From Nitrososphaera viennensis EN76 (GTDB taxonomy: Archaea; Thermoproteota; Nitrososphaeria; Nitrososphaerales; Nitrososphaeraceae), in the NCBI RefSeq assembly GCF_000698785.1, contig NZ_CP007536.1, positions 1,530,001 through 1,562,000 on the forward strand: a stretch of DNA of 32,000 nt. Reading direction: 5' to 3'. A program made the position numbers and the translations under genes. Below are positions 24,522-32,000 of this stretch, in pieces. Each line of letters starts with the position of its first letter. The first letter of the stretch is position 1. The notes under the pieces were generated by a model, which searched no databases, was not told the origin of the DNA, and was given only the letters and a program-made list of their open reading frames with translations.

Positions 24522-25055
24522 TTATGGTGTTCTTGTAGAATTATTATTCTGCACATAGTTATGTATGCCTGTGTCTCTCATCGTTATCGCATCTAGAGAG
24601 AATGCGACAGTATATTGGTCGCTCGACGCGGAATGGGCCAGGATCTCAGAGCCTACAAAGTCAACCGTGCCCGAAGTGGCGTTTGTCATCAGCGTCGTAG
24701 TGGCATACTTGCGTCCCTCGACGGTCCACGTCTTGATCCCAGTCGTGTTTCCTTGTTGGTCGGTAATGTCATGGATTGCTATTATATCCACACCTTTTGA
24801 TGCGGTAAATGTCACTTTTCCGTCGTACACCTGCCCTGCTTGAGGCCAGACAAAATGCACCGCCTGATGTGATTGGTGGCCTTCTGCATTATGCGCAATC
24901 GACGTCTCGACCCAGCTTCCCGCTATCCTGCGGGGCATGTTTGATGATGCAGTGGCATTTTGCATCGAGGCTGCGACCATCGACGCACCCAAGATCGTCG
25001 CGAACACTCCTATGGCAATGACAGCCACTATCATCCTATGATTCCCAAGTGTCAT
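24522..25055 (-). CDS. secreted/anchored protein of unknown function
   Basis: 177 aa. The N-terminal anchor is MIVAVIAIGVFATILGASMVAA. The beta-sandwich-like body contains several His (AHNAEGHQSHQAVHF). Confidence 0.5.
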   Translation of the reverse strand: MTLGNHRMIVAVIAIGVFATILGASMVAASMQNATASSNMPRRIAGSWVETSIAHNAEGHQSHQAVHFVWPQAGQVYDGKVTFTASKGVDIIAIHDITDQQGNTTGIKTWTVEGRKYATTTLMTNATSGTVDFVGSEILAHSASSDQYTVAFSLDAITMRDTGIHNYVQNNNSTRTP

Positions 25056-25167
25056 CTAGATTCGGATCGAAGACTGGATGCATCGTATAAAAATTTTTTT
25101 CAGAAATCAAGACAATGCCGTTGCCGGAGTGACAGCAGACAGCGTAGTAGTTGTCATCTTCATTTTG

Positions 25168-25821
25168 TCATCTCTGCATGTAGTAAGGCCTGCCTGGGCG
25201 GAACGCAATCGTCCTTGCAGACATCCTGTCGCGGATGCCCCGCCTGTTTACCTCGTTGTTTTGCGGGCGGGACGTGCCGTGCTCGTCCACTATCTCCACC
25301 TCGACATCGTCGTGGAACTTTTTCTTTAGCGCCCACGCCATCGAAAGCGCCATCCTGATGTTGCCGTCGCCGATCTTTACCACCTTTCTGTGCGAGCTGA
25401 CTCCCCCGAGCACCGCGGAAATCTGCCCTATCGCGCTTGCGGGCGACGACTCGACAATGCTTGCTATCTCTTCGTGCAGGTACATCACAGAGATCCCGAT
25501 CCTGTTGCCCGGGTCGATGCCAATGGTCAGCTGGTCGTCGGCCTGCGAGCCGGCGATGCTCCTCAGTATCTTTGCCTTGGCTATAGCAGGGTATTTCACG
25601 AGCTCGGTGTCAAGCATCACCGCCTTGCTGCCTCCTCCCCTGGCAGCAATCATGCCTGCCTCGTCGCGCGTGGTGATCACGACCTTGCAGCTGGAATCTG
25701 CCGCTTCCTCAGGCGATATAGAGTCGTACCTTACCCCCATCTGCTTTAGCGCGTGCGTGATTTCATAATATGGGCGGCCGCGGAGAGTTGCCACTGACAC
25801 CTTGTATTGTTGTTGTTGCAA
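25168..25821 (-). CDS. putative RNase H-fold (RuvC/YqgF-like) protein
   Basis: LTIGIDPGNRIGISV and VEIVDEHGTS resemble the first Asp strand and the DExxTS motif of YqgF/RuvC-like nucleases. The start is TTG. The assignment is tentative. Confidence 0.4.
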   Translation of the reverse strand: MQQQQYKVSVATLRGRPYYEITHALKQMGVRYDSISPEEAADSSCKVVITTRDEAGMIAARGGGSKAVMLDTELVKYPAIAKAKILRSIAGSQADDQLTIGIDPGNRIGISVMYLHEEIASIVESSPASAIGQISAVLGGVSSHRKVVKIGDGNIRMALSMAWALKKKFHDDVEVEIVDEHGTSRPQNNEVNRRGIRDRMSARTIAFRPGRPYYMQR

Positions 25822-25896
25822 AAGCTCCTTTGTCAGGGGCGCTTCATCGACAGCTAGCTTGTATGGAAAATCGCTTTTAAGCTTTGCTGCTGCCGC

Positions 25897-26328
25897 CTAG
25901 CTCACGGGCTTGCCGTCAGAGCCGTACTTCTTGACCTTCGGGGCCTTTTTCTCGCCCTTTTCTGCCGCTGTTTCCTGCCCGAGGACCGTCTTTACTATGC
26001 TCTCGACTGCCTTGTCAAACGAGGAGTCGATGTTCTTTTTTATCGAAGTCAGGCTCGTCTCGGCTTCCTTCATAATCTGCGCGGACTCGGACTCTGCTTC
26101 CGCCCTTGCCGCTTCTACTATCCTCTTGGCCTCCTCGTTTGCCATGGAGATTATCTGCTGCTTCAGCTTGTCCACTTCCTCGTTGGAGTGCGCAAGCAGG
26201 CGCTTTTTCATTTCGTCCACGCGTGCGTTCATGCTGTCGATGTCGCTCTCCAGCTCGGCCAGCGCGCCGACGATGGACTCTACGGCAGAATGCGAAGTAA
26301 GAGTAGCAACGGGTTTATCGTGTCCCAA
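25897..26328 (-). CDS. coiled-coil protein (resembles A/V-ATPase subunit H/E-like stalk proteins)
   Basis: 143 aa, Glu/Ala/Lys-rich with heptad character (KQQIISMANEEAKRIVEAARAEAESESAQIMKEAE). The start is TTG and no ATPase genes are adjacent. Confidence 0.3.
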   Translation of the reverse strand: MGHDKPVATLTSHSAVESIVGALAELESDIDSMNARVDEMKKRLLAHSNEEVDKLKQQIISMANEEAKRIVEAARAEAESESAQIMKEAETSLTSIKKNIDSSFDKAVESIVKTVLGQETAAEKGEKKAPKVKKYGSDGKPVS

Positions 26329-26376
26329 GACAGGACAATTGCCGTGGCAGGGCTATTTAAAAGTATGAGGCTGTTG

Positions 26377-26712
26377 TCAGGTCGTGAGCGTCAGGATCGC
26401 CTGCGCCATGTCGCCTTTTGACTCGGTCAGCGCCTGGACCGCCTTTTCCCTCGACACATTTGCCTGCTGCATGACAAGCAGTATGTCGTCTTCCTTGAAC
26501 GTCGGCACCTCGCGCTGCTTTTCCTCGATGTCCGTCGCGACCACCTGGAAGATGGTGCTGTCCTTGCCCTTCATCTCTATGATCTGCGGCTTGACCAGGT
26601 AGAACTCTTTGGTGTCGGTCTTGATTATGACTTCCTCAACGTTTGGCATCTCCTTCATGTCAAGGCCCATCTTGTCCAGCATGCGCCTCATTTCGCGGTT
26701 GCCGCGCATCAT
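26377..26712 (-). CDS. nac: nascent polypeptide-associated complex protein (NAC + UBA)
   Basis: The NAC domain (EEVIIKTDTKEFYLVKPQIIEMKGKDSTIFQVV) and a C-terminal UBA-like segment (DDILLVMQQANVSREKAVQALTESKGDMAQAI) are both present. Confidence 0.85.
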   Translation of the reverse strand: MMRGNREMRRMLDKMGLDMKEMPNVEEVIIKTDTKEFYLVKPQIIEMKGKDSTIFQVVATDIEEKQREVPTFKEDDILLVMQQANVSREKAVQALTESKGDMAQAILTLTT

Positions 26713-26722
26713 GTCACACTTG

Positions 26723-27214
26723 CTAGGCCGTTCGACCTTTTATTCCTTCCCTGACTTTGACTGCGACGCCCTTTGAGAACCTGTTCATCAGGCCTGCGCC
26801 AAGAACGGCAATGCCGACAGCAATCACGCTGTTGTTCTTGTCGTCAAGCACGGCGACATCCGAGCCTGCCCTCACGTTAGAGCCGCACCATGCCACGTGG
26901 CGGCAGAAAAGCGACCTTCCCTCGCTCACAAACGGCACCGCTTCTTCTGCCGGCACCACGCAGTTTTTCCGGAAAGCCTTGCTGTTGTTCACAAAGAACC
27001 GGGCGCCTTCCACGGTGAGCGCAAGCCCGCCGTCGGTGCGCAGGGTGGCGACAAGCGCGCTGTCGATTGAAAAGTTCTTGATCCTCCCCGTTTTTCGCGA
27101 GTATTCAAACTGCATGTTGCTGTTGGCCGGCAGGGCCTCCGAGACGCCGGCGCCAAATATGGCGTCTACGTGCCGGCAGACCTTGTCCCGTGCGTCGAGT
27201 GGAAGCGGGTTCAA
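26723..27214 (-). CDS. PUA domain protein
   Basis: The C-terminal PUA pattern is VRAGSDVAVLDDKNNSVIAVGIAVLGAGLMNRFSKGVAVKVREG. The start is TTG. Confidence 0.7.
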   Translation of the reverse strand: MNPLPLDARDKVCRHVDAIFGAGVSEALPANSNMQFEYSRKTGRIKNFSIDSALVATLRTDGGLALTVEGARFFVNNSKAFRKNCVVPAEEAVPFVSEGRSLFCRHVAWCGSNVRAGSDVAVLDDKNNSVIAVGIAVLGAGLMNRFSKGVAVKVREGIKGRTA

Positions 27215-27285
27215 TTCGATTCAGGCATCAGAGTTGCAGGGAATCCCACATAAATACAGTGCCACTTTACTGTCGTTTGTTCTTT

Positions 27286-27314
27286 CTATATAGAAAATGG
27301 GTAGGCATATATAG
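27286..27314 (+). promoter_or_regulatory. two TATA-like boxes upstream of the PhoU-like gene
   Basis: ctatatag (27286-27293) lies about 27 nt upstream of TTG 27317. catatatag (27306-27314) lies about 28 nt upstream of ATG 27338. Either spacing fits a leaderless archaeal transcript. Confidence 0.3.
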
Positions 27315-27337
27315 AATTGAGTAAAATCCTACAATCA

Positions 27338-28411
27338 ATGGAAAGCATCGTAGAAAGTGGCAACGGCAAGGGCGGCCATGGCGAGGAAACGAGGAAATTG
27401 CAGTACACCGGCGGCTCGTCGTACATCGTGTCACTTCCGAAAAAGTGGATACAGGAGCTTGGCCTCAAGCAGGGCGACCACGTGACGATACTGAGGCAGG
27501 GCAACTCGACCTTGCAGATTGCCCCGGCATCAAAGCGCGTCGCAAAAGAGCAGAAGGACGCCACGATCGAGGTCGCAAAGGACAACAACCCCTACTTTAT
27601 CGCAAGAAAGCTCATCGCTCTCTATTTTCTCGGCTACAACGTCATAAACGTCGTCCCAAAGGACGGCAGGCTGCAGGTGGAGCAGCGCGAAGTCATCAAG
27701 AATATCGCCCGGCGCATCCTCATGGGGACGGAGATAATAGCCGACTCGGCCGCGGGCATAACGCTCCAGGTGCTCATCAACCTGCTTGACCTGTCGGTGG
27801 ACGCCGCGTTCAAGCGCATGCTGTTGATTGCCAAGTCGATGTACCGCGACGTGATGATGGCGCTCCGGGAAAACAACGCCGAACTTGCGGAGGAGGTGAT
27901 AAAATCAGACGACGAAGTAGACAGGTTCAGCTTCTATATAGTCAGGCAGTTGAAAATAGCAATCAAGAACGAGCACCTGCTAAAGGAGATAGGCCTTGAG
28001 GAGCCGCGCAACTGCCTCGGCTACAGGCTCGTCGCCAAGTCGGTCGAGCGCGTCGCCGACCACGCGGCAATAATCGCCAAGGACATCATAGAGATGCGCC
28101 AGCCGGCAAACAAGGACATCGTTGAGAAGATAGACGAGATGTGCAACTTTGCCCTCGAGGTGCTCGACGACGCGTGCCTGTCGATGTTCAAGCGCGACTA
28201 CGAGGCCGCGGACAGGGCGATTGAAAAGGCGCGCAAAGTCGACGAGATGGAAAAGGCGATAATAAAGTCCATCTCAAAGCCCAGGGACGCAAGCGAGATG
28301 TACAGGGTAAAGCTCATCACAGAGAACGTCCGGCGCGTGTCAGAGTGTGCAAGCGACATTGCCGAGATCGTGCTCAACATGACGGTGCAGCAGACAATTC
28401 GGAAAAGTTAA
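27338..28411 (+). CDS. phoU: AbrB/SpoVT-domain + PhoU-domain regulator
   Basis: The N-terminal swapped-hairpin motif is GGSSYIVSLPKKWIQELGLKQGDHVTI. Two PhoU-like helical repeats follow (DDEVDRFSFYIVRQL, RLVAKSVERVADHAAIIAKDI, RRVSECASDIAEIV). An alternative TTG start lies at 27317. Confidence 0.8.
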   Translation: MESIVESGNGKGGHGEETRKLQYTGGSSYIVSLPKKWIQELGLKQGDHVTILRQGNSTLQIAPASKRVAKEQKDATIEVAKDNNPYFIARKLIALYFLGYNVINVVPKDGRLQVEQREVIKNIARRILMGTEIIADSAAGITLQVLINLLDLSVDAAFKRMLLIAKSMYRDVMMALRENNAELAEEVIKSDDEVDRFSFYIVRQLKIAIKNEHLLKEIGLEEPRNCLGYRLVAKSVERVADHAAIIAKDIIEMRQPANKDIVEKIDEMCNFALEVLDDACLSMFKRDYEAADRAIEKARKVDEMEKAIIKSISKPRDASEMYRVKLITENVRRVSECASDIAEIVLNMTVQQTIRKS

Positions 28412-28452
28412 TTGCATCCGCATGCGTCTAGCAGGTTGGAAACAATAACAAT

Positions 28453-28881
28453 ATGTCCTACTGCGAGCTTTGCGGCAAGCACGCCGCCGAAAAAAAGATG
28501 GTGGTAGTGGACGGCACCGTTTTCAAGGTCTGCATGTCCTGCTCAAAGCACGGCAAGCCCTACACGCCCTCGCAAGTGCCGACAGCAGCAAAAAAGAAAA
28601 AAGCCGCGCCGGCCCCTACCCAGAGGCAGGCAAAGATCGGCATGGCCGACGACCTCGTGCTAGACCCCGAGTTCCCGAGGCTCATCAGGGAGGCGAGGAT
28701 GAAAAAGGGCGTCACGCACGAGCAGCTGGGCATGCAGATGAACGAAAAGGCCAACCTGCTGAGGAGGTTTGAAACAGGCTCCCTCAAGCCGGACGAGCTT
28801 TTTGCAAAAAAGCTGGAGCGCCACCTTGGAATCAAATTGTATGTCAGTGCCTCGGCAGCAGCAGAAAAAGAAGAAAAGTGA
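28453..28881 (+). CDS. mbf1: archaeal multiprotein bridging factor 1 (Zn ribbon + HTH)
   Basis: The N-terminus has CELCGK...CMSC. The cro/C1-type HTH is LIREARMKKGVTHEQLGMQMNEKANLLRRFETG. Confidence 0.85.
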   Translation: MSYCELCGKHAAEKKMVVVDGTVFKVCMSCSKHGKPYTPSQVPTAAKKKKAAPAPTQRQAKIGMADDLVLDPEFPRLIREARMKKGVTHEQLGMQMNEKANLLRRFETGSLKPDELFAKKLERHLGIKLYVSASAAAEKEEK

Positions 28882-30026
28882 AGATGCTGTTGGCTGCTGC
28901 TTACAGAAAGGCCATACTGATAACGTACCCCTATGACGAGGCGATAAGCGAGGCAGTGTCGCTTGCCGACGCCGCCGGCTACAGGGTAGAGAAAATAGTG
29001 ACGCAAAAGCATATCACGAAATCGCGCTATGGCATCGGCAGGGGCAAGGCTGAGGAGGTGAAAGCGATTGCAGAAGAGATCCAGCCCGAAGTGATAGTGT
29101 TTGACGAGGTGCTCAAGCCGAGCCAGACCTACAACCTTGCAAGCGTCTGCAAAAAAGAAGTCATTGACAGAGAGCGCCTGATACTGGAGATATTTGAGCG
29201 CAGGGCAAGCACCACTGAATCAAAGACGCAGATCAAGCTGGCGCAGCTGCGCTACGACATGACTCGCGCAAGGGAGGCAGTGCGGCTTGCAAAGGCCGGC
29301 GAGCAGCCGGGATTTTACGGCCTTGGCAAGTACGAGGCCGACACGTACCTGCTGGACATAAAAAACCGCGCGCAGGCGCTCAAGAAAAAGCTGGAAAAGG
29401 AAGTGACCAAGAGGCAGCTGCACAGGAACCAGCGCGCAAAGGCTGGGCTGATGTCGGTTTCGCTTGCCGGCTACACGTCGGCGGGCAAGACCACGCTCTT
29501 TAACGCGCTCACAGGCGAAACCAAGAGCACGGCGGCAAGCGTCTTTACCACGCTTTCCACGTTTACCCGCGCAATCGACCTTGACGGCGACAAGGTGCTG
29601 TTGCTGGATACAGTGGGTTTTATCAGCAAGCTGCCGGCGTACATGATTGACGCATTCAAGTCCACCCTTGAAGAGCTGTCGTACGCAAGCCTCGTGTTTC
29701 TCGTGATTGACATCAGCGAGCCCGTCCTTGAGATAAGGCGCAAGCTGGCAAGCTCGCTTGAAGTGATAAGGGAGTTTGAGGTGCCCGAGACCAGGATCGT
29801 CTATGTGCTGAACAAGGTCGACAGGACAACGGTGGAGGATGCCTTTGACAAGGCGGGCCAGCTTGGCCTGCTTGCGTCAAGGCGCGTCCTGCCGGTGTCG
29901 GCAAAGACCGGATACAACATGGATCAGTTGAAAAGCCTGGCAAGGTCCCTGCTTTTTGAAACGGAGAGGGTGGTGCAGGATGACAATGAAAAAACAACAG
30001 GTGGCAGTGCTCAGGATAGGGCATAG
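28878..30026 (+). CDS. hflX: GTPase HflX
   Basis: The HflX N-domain is followed by G1 (GYTSAGKTTLFNALTG), G3 (DTVGF) and G4 (NKVD). GTG 28878 overlaps the mbf1 stop as GTGA. An alternative ATG lies at 28884. Confidence 0.9.
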   Translation: MKMLLAAAYRKAILITYPYDEAISEAVSLADAAGYRVEKIVTQKHITKSRYGIGRGKAEEVKAIAEEIQPEVIVFDEVLKPSQTYNLASVCKKEVIDRERLILEIFERRASTTESKTQIKLAQLRYDMTRAREAVRLAKAGEQPGFYGLGKYEADTYLLDIKNRAQALKKKLEKEVTKRQLHRNQRAKAGLMSVSLAGYTSAGKTTLFNALTGETKSTAASVFTTLSTFTRAIDLDGDKVLLLDTVGFISKLPAYMIDAFKSTLEELSYASLVFLVIDISEPVLEIRRKLASSLEVIREFEVPETRIVYVLNKVDRTTVEDAFDKAGQLGLLASRRVLPVSAKTGYNMDQLKSLARSLLFETERVVQDDNEKTTGGSAQDRA

Positions 30027-30516
30027 GCTGGTCAGGGACGACCGCGTGACGACGCACGCGGCGCTTGTCTCCCGGGCGTTTGGAGCCGAGCGGATCTACA
30101 TGACAGGCATAGACCAGTCGGTGAAGGACACTGTTAATGCTGTTGGCAAGCGCTGGGGCGGCAATTTCGAGGTGGAGATAATAGAGGACTGGAAGGGAGT
30201 CGCAAGGGCGTGGAAAAAATCAGGCGGCAAGATTGCGCACCTGACCATGTACGGCATCAACATCGACGACGCGATTGAAAAAGTGCGCAAGGAGGAAAAA
30301 CTGCTGGTGATAATAGGCGCGGAAAAGGTGCCAAGGGAGGCGTACGAGCTTGCCGACTATAATATCGCCGTCGGGAACCAGCCGCATTCGGAGATAGCGG
30401 CGCTTGCGATATTCCTTGACAGGGTGTTTTCCGGCAAGCAGTTGAAAAAAGAGGTCGCCGGCGGCCAGCTGAGGATAGTGCCTTCGGAGAAGGGCAAGCA
30501 GGTGGAAAAGATTTAA
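29980..30516 (+). CDS. trm56: tRNA (cytidine56-2'-O)-methyltransferase (SPOUT, aTrm56)
   Basis: VAVLRIGHRLVRDDRVTTHAALVSRAFGAE matches the aTrm56 N-terminus, and later segments (LLVIIGAEKVP, IAVGNQPHSEIAALAIFLDR) also match. The start could be ATG 29980 or GTG 30001. Either start overlaps the end of hflX. Confidence 0.85.
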   Translation: MTMKKQQVAVLRIGHRLVRDDRVTTHAALVSRAFGAERIYMTGIDQSVKDTVNAVGKRWGGNFEVEIIEDWKGVARAWKKSGGKIAHLTMYGINIDDAIEKVRKEEKLLVIIGAEKVPREAYELADYNIAVGNQPHSEIAALAIFLDRVFSGKQLKKEVAGGQLRIVPSEKGKQVEKI

Positions 30517-30639
30517 TCGCTCTCTGATTCCATCAGTGCCAGTGATGACACTAACCTGCGCCGATCGCCCATTCAGCGAGATGAGGAAATGCACCTCGAC
30601 TGAGACATACTGAAAAAAAGTGTGTCACCCGGGTGCACA

Positions 30640-31500
30640 TCACTTCCCTTCTTTTTGTTGCATTGCTAGTTGCTCCACAAGGCGATCCAGGTTCTGGTTC
30701 AGCCCCTCGATGGCGTACTTCTTGGCCACATCGTCGCGTTCTTCGGGCGACTTGAAGAGCATCCGCACTGTAACCTTGGTCTTGCCGCCAGCCTCCTGCT
30801 CGGCAAAGGTCACCGTCGCGCGAAATTGCGGCCCTGATACATGGGAGTAGACTATGCGCTCCGGCTTCACTATCTCGTCATAGACCATCTTGTTCTGGTA
30901 GTCGACGCCATCTGGGCCATGCATGACAAACCGCCAGACGCCGCCCGGCCGCACATCCATCTCGTAAATAGTGGTCGTAAAACCTCTTGGCCCCCACCAC
31001 TGCGCCACGTGTTTTGGATCGGTCTACATGCTGAACACGAGCTCATGGGGCGCGTCGATGACTATTGTCTTTCTGATTTCTTTTGTGCTGTTTTTGCAGT
31101 AATCTGCAAGCTGGACTGTAAAGTAGGACCAGCCCTCGTTGACGTCCTTGGCCCACTTGCCCTTCAGCCCGGTGTGCACAACCGTAACCAGCGTCTTGCC
31201 GCCTGCCGCCGGCTCAAGCGTCCACGTGACCGTCGTGTCCGGAAAGTCTGGGTCGGAGGTGTTTTTCCACGACATCGAGAATTTCCTGTCCGGGATTATC
31301 TCGAGTACCTTTCCGACGACGCGGTGATCCACCGTACCGTCGGCGCGCAGGAACCGAAACTCGACTGCTCCTCCGGCCCTCGGCTCCAGCTTGACCTGGT
31401 TTGGGAACCAGTGCGTAAGGTCATTTTCGCTTGTCAGCGCCTTGAATACCGCGGCCTGCGGCGCGTTGATGACTATGCTCTTTTCTATCGTTTCGGTCAC
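30640..31500 (-). pseudogene. tandem SRPBCC/AHSA1-like protein interrupted by one in-frame TAG
   Basis: Track ORFs 31024-31500 and 30640-31008 are in the same frame. They are separated only by a TAG at 31024-31026, read as ...IVIDAPHELVFSM*TDPKHVAQWWGPRGFT.... The second SRPBCC domain needs the residues upstream of the stop. Family members typically have Trp at that position (aWTdPe..WWgP). Confidence 0.7.
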
Positions 31501-31814
31501 TTTCTTTTCGCCCCCTCCCTGTTCTCCACGTACTCCTTCAGGCTGTCCAGCTTGTCGTCCCAGAACGCGTCAAAGAACCGCACCATCTCGGACATCTGCG
31601 CCCTGTTGACTGAATAGAGCCTGTTCTGCCCTTCCCTGCGCTCGTTTACAAGCCCGGCGTCCCGGAGCACGCGCAGGTGCGTCGAAAGCGCGGGGAGCGT
31701 AAAGTGAAAGTGCGTCGCTATCTCGCTTGGCGTCCTTTCCTTTTCCTTCAGCATCACGAGTATCTGTCGGCGGCTGTCGTCGGCCATTGCTTTCCACGGT
31801 GATCCCATTGGCAT
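31497..31814 (-). CDS. ArsR/SmtB-family transcriptional regulator
   Basis: The winged HTH is RRQILVMLKEKERTPSEIATHFHFTLPALSTHLRVLRDAGLV...GQNRLYS. The stop overlaps the SRPBCC GTG start as GTGA. The start is ATG 31814 (the track gives TTG 31820). Confidence 0.85.
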   Translation of the reverse strand: MPMGSPWKAMADDSRRQILVMLKEKERTPSEIATHFHFTLPALSTHLRVLRDAGLVNERREGQNRLYSVNRAQMSEMVRFFDAFWDDKLDSLKEYVENREGAKRK

Positions 31815-31847
31815 ATTCAATAATTAAATAATTATTTAAGTATTTAG

Positions 31848-32000
31848 CTACTGCATCATGAGGGCGACTATCGCCTTTGCCGCTTCTGAATTCCCAAACA
31901 GCAGTTCTACTGCTTTTTCCTTCTTTTTGCCGGGGTTCAGCTCGATTATGTGGAGCCGGCCGTCTACCAGGAATTCAAGGTGGAGCGACTTTCTTGCAAT
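31848..32000 (-). CDS. C-terminal end of a CDS running off the window (possibly ATP-grasp-like)
   Basis: The translation is ...IARKSLHLEFLVDGRLHIIELNPGKKKEKAVELLFGNSEAAKAIVALMMQ*. LEFLVDGRLHIIELNPG resembles the ATP-grasp C-terminal strand motif. Only 50 codons are visible. Confidence 0.3.
   Translation of the reverse strand: MARKSLHLEFLVDGRLHIIELNPGKKKEKAVELLFGNSEAAKAIVALMMQ

Noticed and set aside
25910-26368. A 152-aa plus-strand ORF opposite the coiled-coil gene, and similar antisense ORFs across 25235-25768 and 26757-27293.
   Set aside because: These are shadow ORFs of minus-strand genes with better protein-like composition (the RNase H-fold protein, the coiled-coil protein and the PUA protein).
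20909-31026. Two in-frame TAG codons as evidence for pyrrolysine or amber reassignment.
   Set aside because: TAG is used as an ordinary terminator by several well-supported genes in the window, for example the kinase at 2079-2081, the gamma-CA at 4291-4293 and the zinc-ribbon protein at 17777-17779. No pyl genes are visible. One stop replaces a Trp and the other probably a Gln, which fits independent nonsense mutations or sequencing errors.
30841-31617. A long 258-aa plus-strand ORF.
   Set aside because: It lies antisense to the SRPBCC/ArsR genes, whose products have clear family motifs. The plus-strand product is low-complexity and Arg/Leu-rich, typical of a GC-rich shadow frame.

Overview
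The window looks like an archaeal chromosome segment. It is most consistent with a soil ammonia-oxidising thaumarchaeon (Nitrososphaera-like). That assignment is an inference from archaeal housekeeping genes (NAC, MBF1, Trm56, HflX), a secreted Cam-type gamma-carbonic anhydrase, roughly 50% GC and many surface proteins with Ser/Thr/Pro linkers. No database search was possible.

Layout:
- 0.1-10.3 kb: pterin dehydratase and a minimal Ser/Thr kinase, followed by a run of secreted or membrane proteins (Ig-like, FG-GAP repeat protein, gamma-CA, MFS transporter, Lon-S16 protease domain, Asp-box propeller).
- 10.3-16.2 kb: accessory genes. These are an orphan beta-grasp protein, an unknown protein, a C5-epimerase-like protein, a GH5 hydrolase, and a sharply GC-rich island carrying a bacterial-type DUF1326 gene.
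- 16.5-19.4 kb: a tightly packed module made of a small protein, a double zinc-ribbon protein, a processive GT2 synthase and a mini membrane protein. I rate this the best candidate for an undescribed system.
- 19.5-20.5 kb: msrB-msrA.
- 20.5-23.1 kb: a decayed mobile or integration zone. It holds a gene fragment duplicated from 10.2 kb, a small gene with an in-frame amber codon, a HEPN-like RNxxxH protein, a tRNA 3' fragment, tRNA-Gly and a tnpB pseudogene.
- 23.5-25.1 kb: two unknown secreted proteins.
- 25.2-30.5 kb: an ordinary conserved archaeal block (NAC, PUA, PhoU, MBF1, HflX, Trm56).
- 30.6-31.8 kb: an ArsR plus tandem SRPBCC operon with a second in-frame amber codon.

No CRISPR array and no rRNA gene were seen. 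All family assignments rest on motifs read by eye.
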